Source of the DNA: Gemmatimonadota bacterium | Lineage (GTDB): Bacteria; Gemmatimonadota; Gemmatimonadetes; Palauibacterales; Palauibacteraceae | Reading direction: 5' to 3' | DNA: 64,000 nucleotides | Assembly (NCBI GenBank): GCA_046757485.1 | Contig: JBHHYJ010000001.1 | Span: 48,319-112,318, forward strand | Notes under the pieces: model-generated | The model's database searches: none | Told to the model about the DNA's origin: nothing | What the model saw: only the letters and a program-made list of their open reading frames with translations | Shown here: positions 27,766 to 37,374 of the stretch, one piece after another | Layout of the letters: every line of letters begins with the position of its first letter | How positions within the stretch are numbered: position 1 is the stretch's first letter | Translations under genes and position numbers: made by a program

Positions 27766-28282
27766 CTCTCCGGAGTAACGGAGGAGCCTCCCCCCGCCGC
27801 GACGCATCGGCCCCGGGCGGGGTGGACAAGGCGCCCGGCGCCCGCCATCCTGTGCGCATGTTCTATATCCTGGTCACCTTGCTCCTCGCCCTTCTGATCG
27901 CGGGGTACGGCGTCGGCTTCGCCCTCGGATGTCGCCTCCCCCCCCGACCCGAGGGCGAGCGCTCCGCTCCTCCGTCCACGGAGTAAGGGAGGGTGTGGCC
28001 CCAGCGGAGGAGCGACTCGCTTCACCGCAGGCCCCGACCTCATCCGTCGCCGATCGCCGTTTCTTCGGCGGATCACCGGCAGCCCGTCCGCGAGCCGCCC
28101 ACCGGGCCCCGCGCCTCCCCGTTCCCTCGGCGGGCGGCCAGCCGTTCCGGGTTCGAGTCGATGGACGTTAAGTATAAGTGTTTGTTTACACTACATCTGT
28201 GGACATCCGGAAGTTGAGCATGTAACTTGAGCGACGGCCCGAATCGTTCGGGATCCGCGAAACGACGGCTGACGAGGGGGAT

Positions 28283-28534
28283 ATGACAAGAACCTTCCGC
28301 GACGAGAACGGGAGACGCTGGAAGGCCTGGTTGGCCTCCAGGGAGGTGTTCTGGCCGGATCCGGATGGGCAGGACCCGGACCCGGGATGTGACTCTGTGC
28401 TGTTCGTCTGTTTTTCCGACCCGAGGGAGCCGCAGCGACGGGCTCGCGTGCCCGCGGGCTCCTTCGAGTCCCTGACGATGGAGGACCTGAAGGACGAGTT
28501 CCTGAACGCGGCGGCGGATCCCGCGATCCGGTGA
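28283..28534 (+). CDS. hypothetical small protein (83 aa)
   Basis: Good RBS (GAGGGGGA) before the ATG. Sits 45 bp upstream of citrate synthase. No recognisable motif. Confidence 0.4.
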   Translation: MTRTFRDENGRRWKAWLASREVFWPDPDGQDPDPGCDSVLFVCFSDPREPQRRARVPAGSFESLTMEDLKDEFLNAAADPAIR

Positions 28535-28579
28535 CCGGGTCCTTGCGTCCGGATCGCTGAGGGAATAGAGAGGCGTGAG

Positions 28580-29719
28580 ATGGCAGGTGCGGTAACGGAG
28601 AGCGCGATCGCCCGGGGTCTGGAGGGGGTGATCGCCACTCGGAGCTCCTTGAGCGCGATCGACGGCCTCGCCGGTCGCCTCATGTATCGGGGCTACGACA
28701 TTCACGACCTGGCGCGCGAGGCGACGTACGCGGAGGCGGTGTACCTCCTGTGGAACGACGAGCTGCCGGACCGGACCCAGCTCCAGGCGTTCGAGCTGGA
28801 GCTCTCGGCGCACCGGGCCCTGGACGAGGCGACCCTGGATATCCTGGCCCGCCTGCCGACCGACGCGTCTCCGATGGCGGCCCTGCGCACCGGCGTCTCG
28901 GCCCTCGGGGCGTTCGATGCGGAGCCGGAGGACGACTCGCCGGACGCGAACCGTCGGCGGGCGGTGCGTCTGGTGGCGGCGCTCCCCACCATCATCGCCG
29001 CTTTCCAACGCCGGCGGAGCGGCCGTGAACCGATGGCGCCGGACGGGGAGCTCTCGCACGCGGCGAACTTCCTGTACATGGTGAGCGGGGAGCGGCCCGA
29101 GGAGGAAGTCGCCGGCGCGCTCGACAAGACGCTCCTCCTGTACCTGGACCACGGTCTCAACGCCTCGACCTTCACCTGCCGCATCATCGCCTCCACGCTC
29201 TCCGACATGTACTCCGCGATCACCGGGGGGATCGGCGCCCTCAAGGGCCCGTTGCACGGAGGGGCGAACGCCAAGGCGATGGAGATGCTGCTGGAGATCG
29301 GGGAGCCCGCGCGGGTGGGAGCCTACGTGGACGAGGCCCTGGGTCGAAAGAAGAAGATCATGGGCTTCGGACACCGCGTGTACAAAGTGGAGGATCCACG
29401 GGCCACGCACCTGCGCGAGATGTCGCGCGAGCTCTGCGAGCGAGCGGGAGAGAGAAAGTGGTACGAGATTTCCCGTCAGCTCGAGGAGCTGATGCGGGAG
29501 CGCAAGGATTTGTACCCGAACGTGGACTTCTACTGTGGCTCGGTGTACTACGCCCTGGGTCTGCCCACGGACCTGTACACGCCGCTCTTCGCGATGGGCC
29601 GGGTGGGAGGCTGGACGGCCCACGTGATGGAACAGTTCTCCGACAATCGGCTGATCCGCCCACGGGCCGAGTACGTGGGAGAGACGGACCGGCAGTGGGT
29701 CTCGCTCGACGATCGGTGA
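28580..29719 (+). CDS. gltA: citrate synthase
   Basis: Citrate synthase signature GFGHRVYKVEDPR and overall CS fold; 379 aa. Confidence 0.9.
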   Translation: MAGAVTESAIARGLEGVIATRSSLSAIDGLAGRLMYRGYDIHDLAREATYAEAVYLLWNDELPDRTQLQAFELELSAHRALDEATLDILARLPTDASPMAALRTGVSALGAFDAEPEDDSPDANRRRAVRLVAALPTIIAAFQRRRSGREPMAPDGELSHAANFLYMVSGERPEEEVAGALDKTLLLYLDHGLNASTFTCRIIASTLSDMYSAITGGIGALKGPLHGGANAKAMEMLLEIGEPARVGAYVDEALGRKKKIMGFGHRVYKVEDPRATHLREMSRELCERAGERKWYEISRQLEELMRERKDLYPNVDFYCGSVYYALGLPTDLYTPLFAMGRVGGWTAHVMEQFSDNRLIRPRAEYVGETDRQWVSLDDR

Positions 29720-29780
29720 CCGGCCGCCGGAGCGAGCCGGCCGGGAGGCGACGCGGGGCGGGTCGAACGGCCCGCCCTTC

Positions 29781-31307
29781 GTGCTTGTGCGTTCGGAGGA
29801 GGAACGGGAGCGGCGGGCGATGAACGGGATCGAGGTGAACCCCGGTCCTCCGCGGAGTCTCGGCGTCGACTTCGTGGCGCTGCCTGTCTGGGAGCCGGCG
29901 GCGCCGGAGGTGGACGGTGCTCCCCGGACGCTTCAGGAGTGGAGTGGAGGAGCTTTCTCCCGGCTCGTGGCCCGGGGAGCGTTCCGGGGGAAGCGCGGGG
30001 AGGTACAGCCGCTGCTATCCGCGTCCCCGGACCGGCCGGACCTCCTGGCGGTGGGCCTAGGGACCGCGGGCGAGCCGCAAAACGCGATCCGGGACGCGGC
30101 CGGCGTGGCGAGCCGGTGTGCCCGAGGGTTACGGGCGCGCTCGCTGGCGTTCGTGGTGCCACGTGCGGGGGGCTCGGGAGCCGAGGGTTGGCAGGAGGCG
30201 GCGGAGGGGATCCTCCTGGGGGATTGGGAGTGCGATGAGCTGCGACGGCCGGAGGACCGGTGCCCCGAGGCGCTGGAGCGCCGGGTCCTGCTCGCCGATG
30301 GAGAGCAAGCTCCGGGTTCCGAGGAGCGGGCGGCCGCGGCTCGCGGGGCCGTGCTGGCGGAGGCCCAGAACCGGGCGCGGGATCTGGTCGCCCTGCCGGG
30401 CAACGTCGTGACCCCCCGCTACCTGGCCGGCGTGGCCGAGGAGCTGGGCGACCGGCACGGCCTTCGGGTGGAGTCGTGGGGACCGGAGCAGCTGCGAAGG
30501 GAACGGTTCGGGGCGCTCCTGGCTGTCGCCCGCGGATCGGCGGAGGAGCCCCGCTTCATCCTCGTGGAGCATGCGGGCGGTGGAGGAGCGCCGTACTGCG
30601 TCGTCGGCAAGGGGGTGACGTTCGACAGCGGAGGCATCTCGATCAAGCCGGCCAGCGGGATGGAAGCGATGAAGTACGATATGGCCGGGGCAGCGGCTGT
30701 CTTCGGGTTGCTGGAGGCGGCCGCCCGCCTGGAGCTTCCGCAGCGGATCATCGGACTCGTGCCGGCCACCGAGAACCTTCCATCGGGGTCCGCCCTCAAG
30801 CCGGCGGACGTCATTCGGGGCGTCTCCGGCACCTCGATCGAGGTGATCAACACGGATGCGGAAGGGCGTCTGATCCTCTCCGACGCCCTGAGCTACGCGG
30901 CTCGCCTGTCGCCGCGGGCGATCGTGGACCTCGCCACCCTGACGGGAGGGTGTGTCGTCGCGCTGGGCAGGCACGCCGTGGGGCTGATGACCCCGGACGA
31001 CGGCCTGGCGCGGGAGCTGGAGACGGCCGGGGCCCGGACGGGGGAGAGGCTGTGGCGGCTCCCCCTGTGGGAAGCGTACGGGAAGCAGCTGAAGAGCGAC
31101 GTGGCCGATTTGAAGAACTCGGGGGGTCGCGAGGGGAGCCCGATCACCGCGGGTTTCTTCCTCAAGCGATTCGTGGGCGAGGTACCGTGGGCCCATCTGG
31201 ACATCGCGGGAACCGCGTGGGTGGACGAAGCGTCGGGCTGCCAGCCGAAAGGGGCGACGGGAATCGGAGTGCGTCTGTTGGTCGAGTGGCTGCGGAGCAC
31301 CGCCTGA
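29781..31307 (+). CDS. pepA: leucyl aminopeptidase (M17)
   Basis: M17 signature NTDAEGRL. GKGVTFDSGG metal-binding region. The start may be ATG 29820 (MNGIEV). Confidence 0.85.
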   Translation: MLVRSEEERERRAMNGIEVNPGPPRSLGVDFVALPVWEPAAPEVDGAPRTLQEWSGGAFSRLVARGAFRGKRGEVQPLLSASPDRPDLLAVGLGTAGEPQNAIRDAAGVASRCARGLRARSLAFVVPRAGGSGAEGWQEAAEGILLGDWECDELRRPEDRCPEALERRVLLADGEQAPGSEERAAAARGAVLAEAQNRARDLVALPGNVVTPRYLAGVAEELGDRHGLRVESWGPEQLRRERFGALLAVARGSAEEPRFILVEHAGGGGAPYCVVGKGVTFDSGGISIKPASGMEAMKYDMAGAAAVFGLLEAAARLELPQRIIGLVPATENLPSGSALKPADVIRGVSGTSIEVINTDAEGRLILSDALSYAARLSPRAIVDLATLTGGCVVALGRHAVGLMTPDDGLARELETAGARTGERLWRLPLWEAYGKQLKSDVADLKNSGGREGSPITAGFFLKRFVGEVPWAHLDIAGTAWVDEASGCQPKGATGIGVRLLVEWLRSTA

Positions 31308-31347
31308 GGGGGTCCGCGAATCGCAAGGGACGTCGGGGAGTGATGAG

Positions 31348-33225
31348 GTGGTGAGGTGGAGAGCAGCGGTCCTGCGACCGCCCGGGATCGGAGCGGCTCT
31401 CCTGACGTTCGGTGGGCTGCTCCTCGTCCATTCGGCCGCCGGCGGTCAGGAGCGTCAGCCTCCCCGCGACACTCTGCGGGCGGACACCCTCGAGATCGGT
31501 CCCCGACAGGCGCCGCGGAAGAGACGAGTCCAGGCATTCCCGAAGCGGCTCGTCGAGGGGCAGGGCCGAGCGTACCCGGTGCAGGAGTGCGACCGAGAGT
31601 GCCTCATCTCCGCACCCGTTCTCAGCCTCGTCGAGCTCCTGGAGCGAATGGCGCCCGGGCTCACGGTTTTCCGAGCCGAGTACTTCGGCGGTCCCCACCA
31701 CCTGTTGAGCGGCCCGTCCGGTGCCGGGTTCGTGCGCGTCGTGCTCGATGGACGGGAGCTGCTCCCGCTCGAGAGCGGCCAGGTCGACCTGACGCGGATC
31801 TCCCTGGTACAGCTCGATCGCGTCCGCGTCGTGCGACGCAGCGGGGACGTCGTGGTGGACCTCACCTCGCGCCGCCAGGATGAGCCGGTGGCGTACTCGC
31901 GCATCACCGGAGGCACGGGAGCTCCGGACGCGCAGGTGCTGCGCGGCACGTTCAGCAACGGGCTCGGGCGCGATCTGGTGATGGAGGGGTTCTTCGACCT
32001 GCTGGACGTGAACGACGGCGGCCGGGAGAACGACCTCTTCGAGTTCCAGGGAAGGGTGGGGTGGATGCCGGGCAACAACCGCTTCGGAGTGGAGCTCGAG
32101 TACAGCAACCAGGATGTGCTGCGTACCTCGGCCGACTCCGTGGAGTTCGATCGCCGCGAGCTGTTCCTGAGGGGACGGGCGAACCTCACGCGCCACGTGC
32201 AGACCGAGCTGAGGCTGGGGTCCTCGCAGTGGCGGGAAGAGGGAGAGGCGCTGCGCGATGTGGATGAGGCGGCGCTCGTGGTGGCCGCCGCGAGCGGACG
32301 CACCTCGGCGCTCGCCGAGGTGCGCCTGCTGGATGGCGCCGCGTACCCCTCTCTCACCGGACGCGTGGAGGGAAGCTTTCAGCCGCTGCCGCAGGTGTCC
32401 TTCGATGCGGGCTTCGAGGCGGCGTCGTGGGACGATTTCGGCACCTCCGAAGCACGCTTCGGCGCCTCCCTGAACGACCCGCTGCACCTGCCGCTCACCT
32501 TGCGGGTGGATGCGGGCACCGGCACCCGGGGCATCTCCCGCCCCCAGGAGCTGGCGGCGATGGAGGAGGGCGTCTCCCCGGCGGACCCCACCTCCCCGCC
32601 GGATTCCGCCTCCCCGGTGGAGTTCCTCCCGGCGGACAGCGTCTCCTTCGACGCGGTCGCCTTCCGGGCGGAGACCCAGGTCGGGGCCTACCGACTCTTG
32701 GGTCGGTACTCGTTCCAACGGTTGAGCCGCCTGCTGCCGTTCGGAGACCGGTTCGATCGATTGCTGCCGCCGGGGGCCGAAGCGAAGGTCAACGGTCTGG
32801 AAGCGGGACTCTCGGGCCCCATCCTCCCGTTGGGGGCCCTCGTCGAGGGTTTGGAGCCGATCCGGCTGGAGGGCTACTGGCGACACCAGGACCCGGAGAC
32901 GGAAGGGGTCCTCTACCTGCCGGATCAGCTCCTCTACGGACGGCTGACGTGGCACGGTAAGCTGTTCGACGAGAATCTGGAGTTCTGGCTGTCCGGAGAC
33001 TTCTCCCGCCGGGCGGAGATGCTCGCCGCTCGGCCGGGGGAGCCGGAGCCGGTGCTCCTGCCCGCCCGCAAGTGGGCCGGCGGGCATCTCTCCTTTCGGG
33101 TGGCCGGCTTCCGCTTCTGGTGGAGGCTCGGTGCTCCCTCCGGCTCGGACGAAGGAGACGTGTCGGGAATCCTCTTTCCGAACCGGGTGAACGTGGTGGG
33201 GATCAAGTGGGAGTTTCTGAACTGA
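31348..33225 (+). CDS. putative outer-membrane beta-barrel protein with a TonB-dependent-receptor plug-like N-terminus
   Basis: Signal peptide. Plug-like segment (VELLERMAPGLTVFRAEYFGG). Alternating beta-strand pattern. C-terminal aromatic residue (KWEFLN). Confidence 0.55.
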   Translation: MVRWRAAVLRPPGIGAALLTFGGLLLVHSAAGGQERQPPRDTLRADTLEIGPRQAPRKRRVQAFPKRLVEGQGRAYPVQECDRECLISAPVLSLVELLERMAPGLTVFRAEYFGGPHHLLSGPSGAGFVRVVLDGRELLPLESGQVDLTRISLVQLDRVRVVRRSGDVVVDLTSRRQDEPVAYSRITGGTGAPDAQVLRGTFSNGLGRDLVMEGFFDLLDVNDGGRENDLFEFQGRVGWMPGNNRFGVELEYSNQDVLRTSADSVEFDRRELFLRGRANLTRHVQTELRLGSSQWREEGEALRDVDEAALVVAAASGRTSALAEVRLLDGAAYPSLTGRVEGSFQPLPQVSFDAGFEAASWDDFGTSEARFGASLNDPLHLPLTLRVDAGTGTRGISRPQELAAMEEGVSPADPTSPPDSASPVEFLPADSVSFDAVAFRAETQVGAYRLLGRYSFQRLSRLLPFGDRFDRLLPPGAEAKVNGLEAGLSGPILPLGALVEGLEPIRLEGYWRHQDPETEGVLYLPDQLLYGRLTWHGKLFDENLEFWLSGDFSRRAEMLAARPGEPEPVLLPARKWAGGHLSFRVAGFRFWWRLGAPSGSDEGDVSGILFPNRVNVVGIKWEFLN

Positions 33226-33274
33226 GCTCGATTGACGGCCCGGACCGAGCCGCTCTATCCTGGCGCGGGCGCCC

Positions 33275-34159
33275 ATGATTCGAAGCATGACGGGGTTCGG
33301 AGCCGCGAGGGTCGAGCTCGACGAGGGTTCGGTCGTGGTAGAGGCCCGCTCCGTGAACTCGCGGCACTTGAAGCTCTCCTTCCGGTTGCCCGAGGAGCTG
33401 GAAGGGGGAGAAGCGGTCCTGCGTGAGCTGGCCGCGCGGTACGTCAGCCGCGGGCACGTGGAGATCCGTGTGGGGTGGGAAGCCGACCGGGAGCGCCGCT
33501 CGGCTCTCGAGCTGGACGAAGAGCGCGTGGAGGCGTACCTGGGGGCGCTGGAGACGCTGCGGCGGAAGTATGCGCTGAGCGCCGAGCCGGATGTTTCCCT
33601 GCTGCTTCGCTTCGGGGACGTGCTCCGGGAGCCCTCCCGGCGCGCCGCGTCCGGGCTGGATCCGGCCCGGCTGGTCGAAGTGACCGAACGGGCCCTCGCC
33701 GAGCTGGTGGAGATGCGGGAGCGGGAGGGGGTCAGGGTGGAGGCGGAGCTACGTGAACGGACGGCGGAGATTCGACGCCGTGTGGAAGCGGTCGCCACGC
33801 GCGCTCCGGAGCGGCTGATTCGGGAACGGGACCGTCTCCGGGCCGCCGTGGAAGAGCTGGCTGAAGGGCTGGCGCTGGATGACGACCGGCTGCTTCGGGA
33901 GATCGCGGTTCTGGCGGAGCGATGGGACATTCAGGAGGAGCTGGTGCGGACGGGCGCCCACCTGGAGGCGTTCGAGGAGTACCTGGACGCGCCGGCCGCG
34001 GAGCCGGTGGGCAAGCGTCTGGCGTTCCTGGTGCAGGAGCTGCTTCGAGAGATCAATACGATGGGATCCAAGGGAAACGACACGGCGATTACCCGCCACG
34101 TCGTGGAGATGAAGAACGAGGTGGAACGAATCCGGGAGCAGGTGGAGAACGTCGAATGA
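33275..34159 (+). CDS. yicC: YicC/YloC family endoribonuclease
   Basis: N-terminus MIRSMTGFG and conserved YicC N- and C-terminal domains. Confidence 0.85.
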   Translation: MIRSMTGFGAARVELDEGSVVVEARSVNSRHLKLSFRLPEELEGGEAVLRELAARYVSRGHVEIRVGWEADRERRSALELDEERVEAYLGALETLRRKYALSAEPDVSLLLRFGDVLREPSRRAASGLDPARLVEVTERALAELVEMREREGVRVEAELRERTAEIRRRVEAVATRAPERLIRERDRLRAAVEELAEGLALDDDRLLREIAVLAERWDIQEELVRTGAHLEAFEEYLDAPAAEPVGKRLAFLVQELLREINTMGSKGNDTAITRHVVEMKNEVERIREQVENVE

Positions 34160-34184
34160 TCGGGCGGGAGCGGGGCCGTGTCGG

Positions 34185-34850
34185 GTGGGGAGGCTCCGGT
34201 CGGTGAGCTCCCTCGTGGCCGCCCCGTTCCCCGTCGTCGTCGCGGGTCCGTCGGGCGCCGGGAAGACGACCGTGTGCCGTGGCCTCCTGGCGGTGCGAGC
34301 CGACCTCTCCTTCTCCGTCTCTCTTACCACGCGGACGGCCCGCCCGGAAGAGACCCCGGACCGTGACTATCGGTTCGTGGACCGCGAGATGTTCGAGCGG
34401 TTGCGGAGCGAAGGGCAGCTCCTGGAGTGGGCGGAGGTGCACGGAGAGCTGTACGGAACTCCCCTGTCGAACCTGGTCGAGGCCAGTCGGGAGGGAAAGC
34501 ACCTCCTCCTGGACATCGACGTGCAGGGAGCCCGCTCCGTGCGCGCGGCGAGAAGCGACGCGGTCCTCGTATTCCTGATACCGCCGAGCGGCGAGCGGAT
34601 CGTCGCCCGTCTTCGAAAGCGTGGAAGCGAGGAGGAGAAAGCGGTGCGGCGGCGGCTGACGCGCGCTCGAGAGGAGCTCCAGGCCCTCGAGGAGTTCGAC
34701 TATCTGGTCGTGAACGACGATCTGGAGCATGCGGTGGCGATCCTGGGGGCGATCCTGGACGGCGAGAGCCATCGAGTGTTACGCCTCGCGGGCCGGGGCC
34801 AACGCCGGGCTCTCGAGCTGGCAGATGAAATCGAGGGCGCGTTGACATAG
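34185..34850 (+). CDS. gmk: guanylate kinase
   Basis: P-loop GPSGAGKTT; guanylate kinase signature region. Confidence 0.85.
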   Translation: MGRLRSVSSLVAAPFPVVVAGPSGAGKTTVCRGLLAVRADLSFSVSLTTRTARPEETPDRDYRFVDREMFERLRSEGQLLEWAEVHGELYGTPLSNLVEASREGKHLLLDIDVQGARSVRAARSDAVLVFLIPPSGERIVARLRKRGSEEEKAVRRRLTRAREELQALEEFDYLVVNDDLEHAVAILGAILDGESHRVLRLAGRGQRRALELADEIEGALT

Positions 34851-34997
34851 ATTGCATAGCTTCGCCATCGGCACCACATGGTCCGACGGCGTCGGTCCGG
34901 GACGACTCGGCACGTCGTCGAGGAGCGCGAGGAAGGGTGCCCCGCGAGGATCCGGCGACCCGCTCGCCTGAGCCCATACACAGTGAGGGATGAGAGG

Positions 34998-35222
34998 ATG
35001 AAGGTCTTCACCCCCGAGGAAGTGGCGAGCGCAGCCAGCAACAAGTATCTGGGCGTGCTGGTCTCGGCGAAGTACGCTCGCGAGCTGAACGCTCTGCCCC
35101 TGGAGAGGTCCCCTTACGGTCCCGTCAAGTTCACCACCATCGCCCTGGAGGCGCTCACGGATCCGGAGCGCAACCTGGAGTTCCGACTGGTGAAGAAGCG
35201 GGCCGCCGGCGCCCGGCTGTAG
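34998..35222 (+). CDS. rpoZ: DNA-directed RNA polymerase subunit omega
   Basis: SNKYLGVLVSAKYARELN matches the omega core. Canonical gmk-rpoZ-coaBC synteny. RBS GGGATGAGAGG before ATG 34998. Confidence 0.7.
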   Translation: MKVFTPEEVASAASNKYLGVLVSAKYARELNALPLERSPYGPVKFTTIALEALTDPERNLEFRLVKKRAAGARL

Positions 35223-35339
35223 GCCCTGTAGAGAGGTTCCTCCTCCGTGAGCCTGGCCTCCGGTGATTGGGGCGCCGGCTCCGGATGCCCGGCATGGCGG
35301 CCGGGACCGCCGCCGGTGCTTCCCTCGCGCGGTGCGTAG

Positions 35340-36539
35340 ATGCGTCCGTACGACGATCGCCGCGTCCTCGTCGTGGTGGCCGGGAGCATCGCGGCCTACA
35401 AGAGCGCCTACCTCGTCCGTCGGCTCGCGGAAGCGGGGGCGAAAGTTGACGTTCTGCTGACGCGGAGCGCGCAGAGATTCATCGGCAAGACGACGTTCGA
35501 GGGTCTCACCGGCCGCCCGGCGCACGACGACCTCTGGGAGCGTCCGATGCTCCACCTGGAGTTGGGGCGACGGGCGGAAGCGGCGGTCGTGGCGCCGGCG
35601 ACGGCGGAGCTTCTCTCACGCCTGGCGCGCGGAGCGGCCGACGAGCTGGCCAGCGCAACGCTGCTCGCCGCCGCCTGTCCCGTGTTGGTGTGTCCGGCGA
35701 TGAACGTCCGCATGTGGGCGAACCCGGCCACGCAGCACAACGTGGCCCTCTTGCGCCAGTTCGGGCACGGGGTCCTCGGCCCGGTCCACGGGGAGCTGGC
35801 GGAAGGGGAGATCGGCCTGGGCCGGATGGTAGAGCCCGAGGAGATCCTGGCGGCCGTGGGCCGGCTGTTGGAGCCGGTCGGGCTCCTGCGGGGACGGAAG
35901 GTCGTGGTCACGGCGGGTCCCACGCGAGCCGCCGTGGACCCGATTCGGTACCTCGGCAACCGCTCTTCCGGGCGGATGGGCTTCGCCCTGGCGGACTCCG
36001 CCTGGCGCCGGGGCGCCGAGGTCACCGTCATCGCGGGGCCGGGGAGCGCACCGGCACCTTATGGGCCGCGGGTGCGCCGCGTCGAGAGTTCGGAGGAGAT
36101 GCTCGGCGCCCTGCGAGAGGAGCTGGAAGGAGCCGCCGTGCTGCTCATGGCCGCGGCGGTGGGAGACTACGTTCCGGAGAAGGTCGAAGAGGAGAAGATC
36201 AAGAAGGAGAGGGCGGAGAGCCTCGTTCTCGCTCTCCGGCAGGGCCCCGACCTCCTGCGGGAGACGCTGGATCTGCGCAGGCGCTCCGGCATCCTGACGC
36301 TCGCCTTCGCCCTCGAGACGGAGGATGCGCTCGAGAACGGTCGACGGAAGCTGGAATCGAAAGGGGTGGATTTCCTGGCCGTGAACGAGGCCCGCCCTCC
36401 GGAGTCGGGCTTCGAGACCGCTACGAATCGCGTGACGCTGCTGGACCGATGGGGAGCAGTGGAAGAGCTTCCCCTCCTGTCGAAGGCGGAGGTGGCCGAC
36501 CGCCTCCTCGATCGCCTGGAGGAGCACCTGGCGGAATGA
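35340..36539 (+). CDS. coaBC: bifunctional phosphopantothenoylcysteine decarboxylase / phosphopantothenate-cysteine ligase
   Basis: N-terminal flavoprotein domain (VLVVVAGSIAAYKS). C-terminal CoaB domain (GPTRAAVDPIRYLGNRSSGRMG). Confidence 0.9.
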   Translation: MRPYDDRRVLVVVAGSIAAYKSAYLVRRLAEAGAKVDVLLTRSAQRFIGKTTFEGLTGRPAHDDLWERPMLHLELGRRAEAAVVAPATAELLSRLARGAADELASATLLAAACPVLVCPAMNVRMWANPATQHNVALLRQFGHGVLGPVHGELAEGEIGLGRMVEPEEILAAVGRLLEPVGLLRGRKVVVTAGPTRAAVDPIRYLGNRSSGRMGFALADSAWRRGAEVTVIAGPGSAPAPYGPRVRRVESSEEMLGALREELEGAAVLLMAAAVGDYVPEKVEEEKIKKERAESLVLALRQGPDLLRETLDLRRRSGILTLAFALETEDALENGRRKLESKGVDFLAVNEARPPESGFETATNRVTLLDRWGAVEELPLLSKAEVADRLLDRLEEHLAE

Positions 36540-36540
36540 C

Positions 36541-37374
36541 GTGAAGGATCGGCTGCGGAGGTACATCGAAGGGCGTCTCTCTCTCGGGGAGCCGGAGATC
36601 ATCTTCTCCCACCTCTCGCGATCGGAGGCGCTGGCGCGGGTACGAGGGTGCGGCGCCGGGAGAGAGGACGCTCCGAACCGCGCGCCGACTCCCCGTCCCG
36701 CTCCCCCGAGGCCGGGCGATCGGGAGATCGAGAGCCTGGCCGCCAACGGCAGGGCGGAGCAGCTTCGACAGCTACCGGACCTCCCCACGCTCGGCGAGGT
36801 CGCCGCCCTCTGCACGCGGTGTGGTCTCCACGGGAGCCGGCAACACGTCGTCTTCGGCGAAGGTGACCCGCATGCCCGGATCGTGTGCGTCGGCGAGGCC
36901 CCGGGGGTGGTGGAGGACGACACCGGGCGCCCGTTCGTGGGCCGCGCGGGACAGCTTCTGGATCGCCTCCTTCTCTCCGTCGGCCTGCGCCGGGGGGAGG
37001 TGTACATCTGCAACGTCTTGAAGTGTCGGCCGCCGGGGAACCGGGATCCCCGACCCGAAGAGGTGGAAGCCTGTTCCCCGTTTCTCCTCAGGCAGCTCGA
37101 GCTGATCGACCCCGAAGTCATCGTGGCGTTCGGCGCGTTCGCGGCCCGAACGCTGCTCGGCACGCGGGAGTCGCTCGGACGGCTGCGGGGGAGGACGCAC
37201 CTGTATGAAGGGTATCCGGTCGTGGTGACGTACCACCCGGCCGCCCTCCTCAGAAACCCGTGGTGGACGCGCCCCACCTGGGAGGATCTGCAGCGCGTAC
37301 GCGAGGTTGCCGCCCGGGGAAGGGAGCGGGAGGTGGCCCGGTCGGGACCGGCGCAGGGAGGACTCTTTGGCTGA
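36541..37374 (+). CDS. uracil-DNA glycosylase, family 4
   Basis: Family-4 UDG motifs (GEAPGVVEDDTGRPFVGRAGQLLD; HPAALLRNP) and the Cys cluster. Confidence 0.8.
   Translation: MKDRLRRYIEGRLSLGEPEIIFSHLSRSEALARVRGCGAGREDAPNRAPTPRPAPPRPGDREIESLAANGRAEQLRQLPDLPTLGEVAALCTRCGLHGSRQHVVFGEGDPHARIVCVGEAPGVVEDDTGRPFVGRAGQLLDRLLLSVGLRRGEVYICNVLKCRPPGNRDPRPEEVEACSPFLLRQLELIDPEVIVAFGAFAARTLLGTRESLGRLRGRTHLYEGYPVVVTYHPAALLRNPWWTRPTWEDLQRVREVAARGREREVARSGPAQGGLFG

Noticed and set aside
28141-28160. GGTTCGAGTCGATGG resembling a tRNA T-arm
   Set aside because: No acceptor stem, anticodon arm or D-arm can be formed from the flanking sequence.
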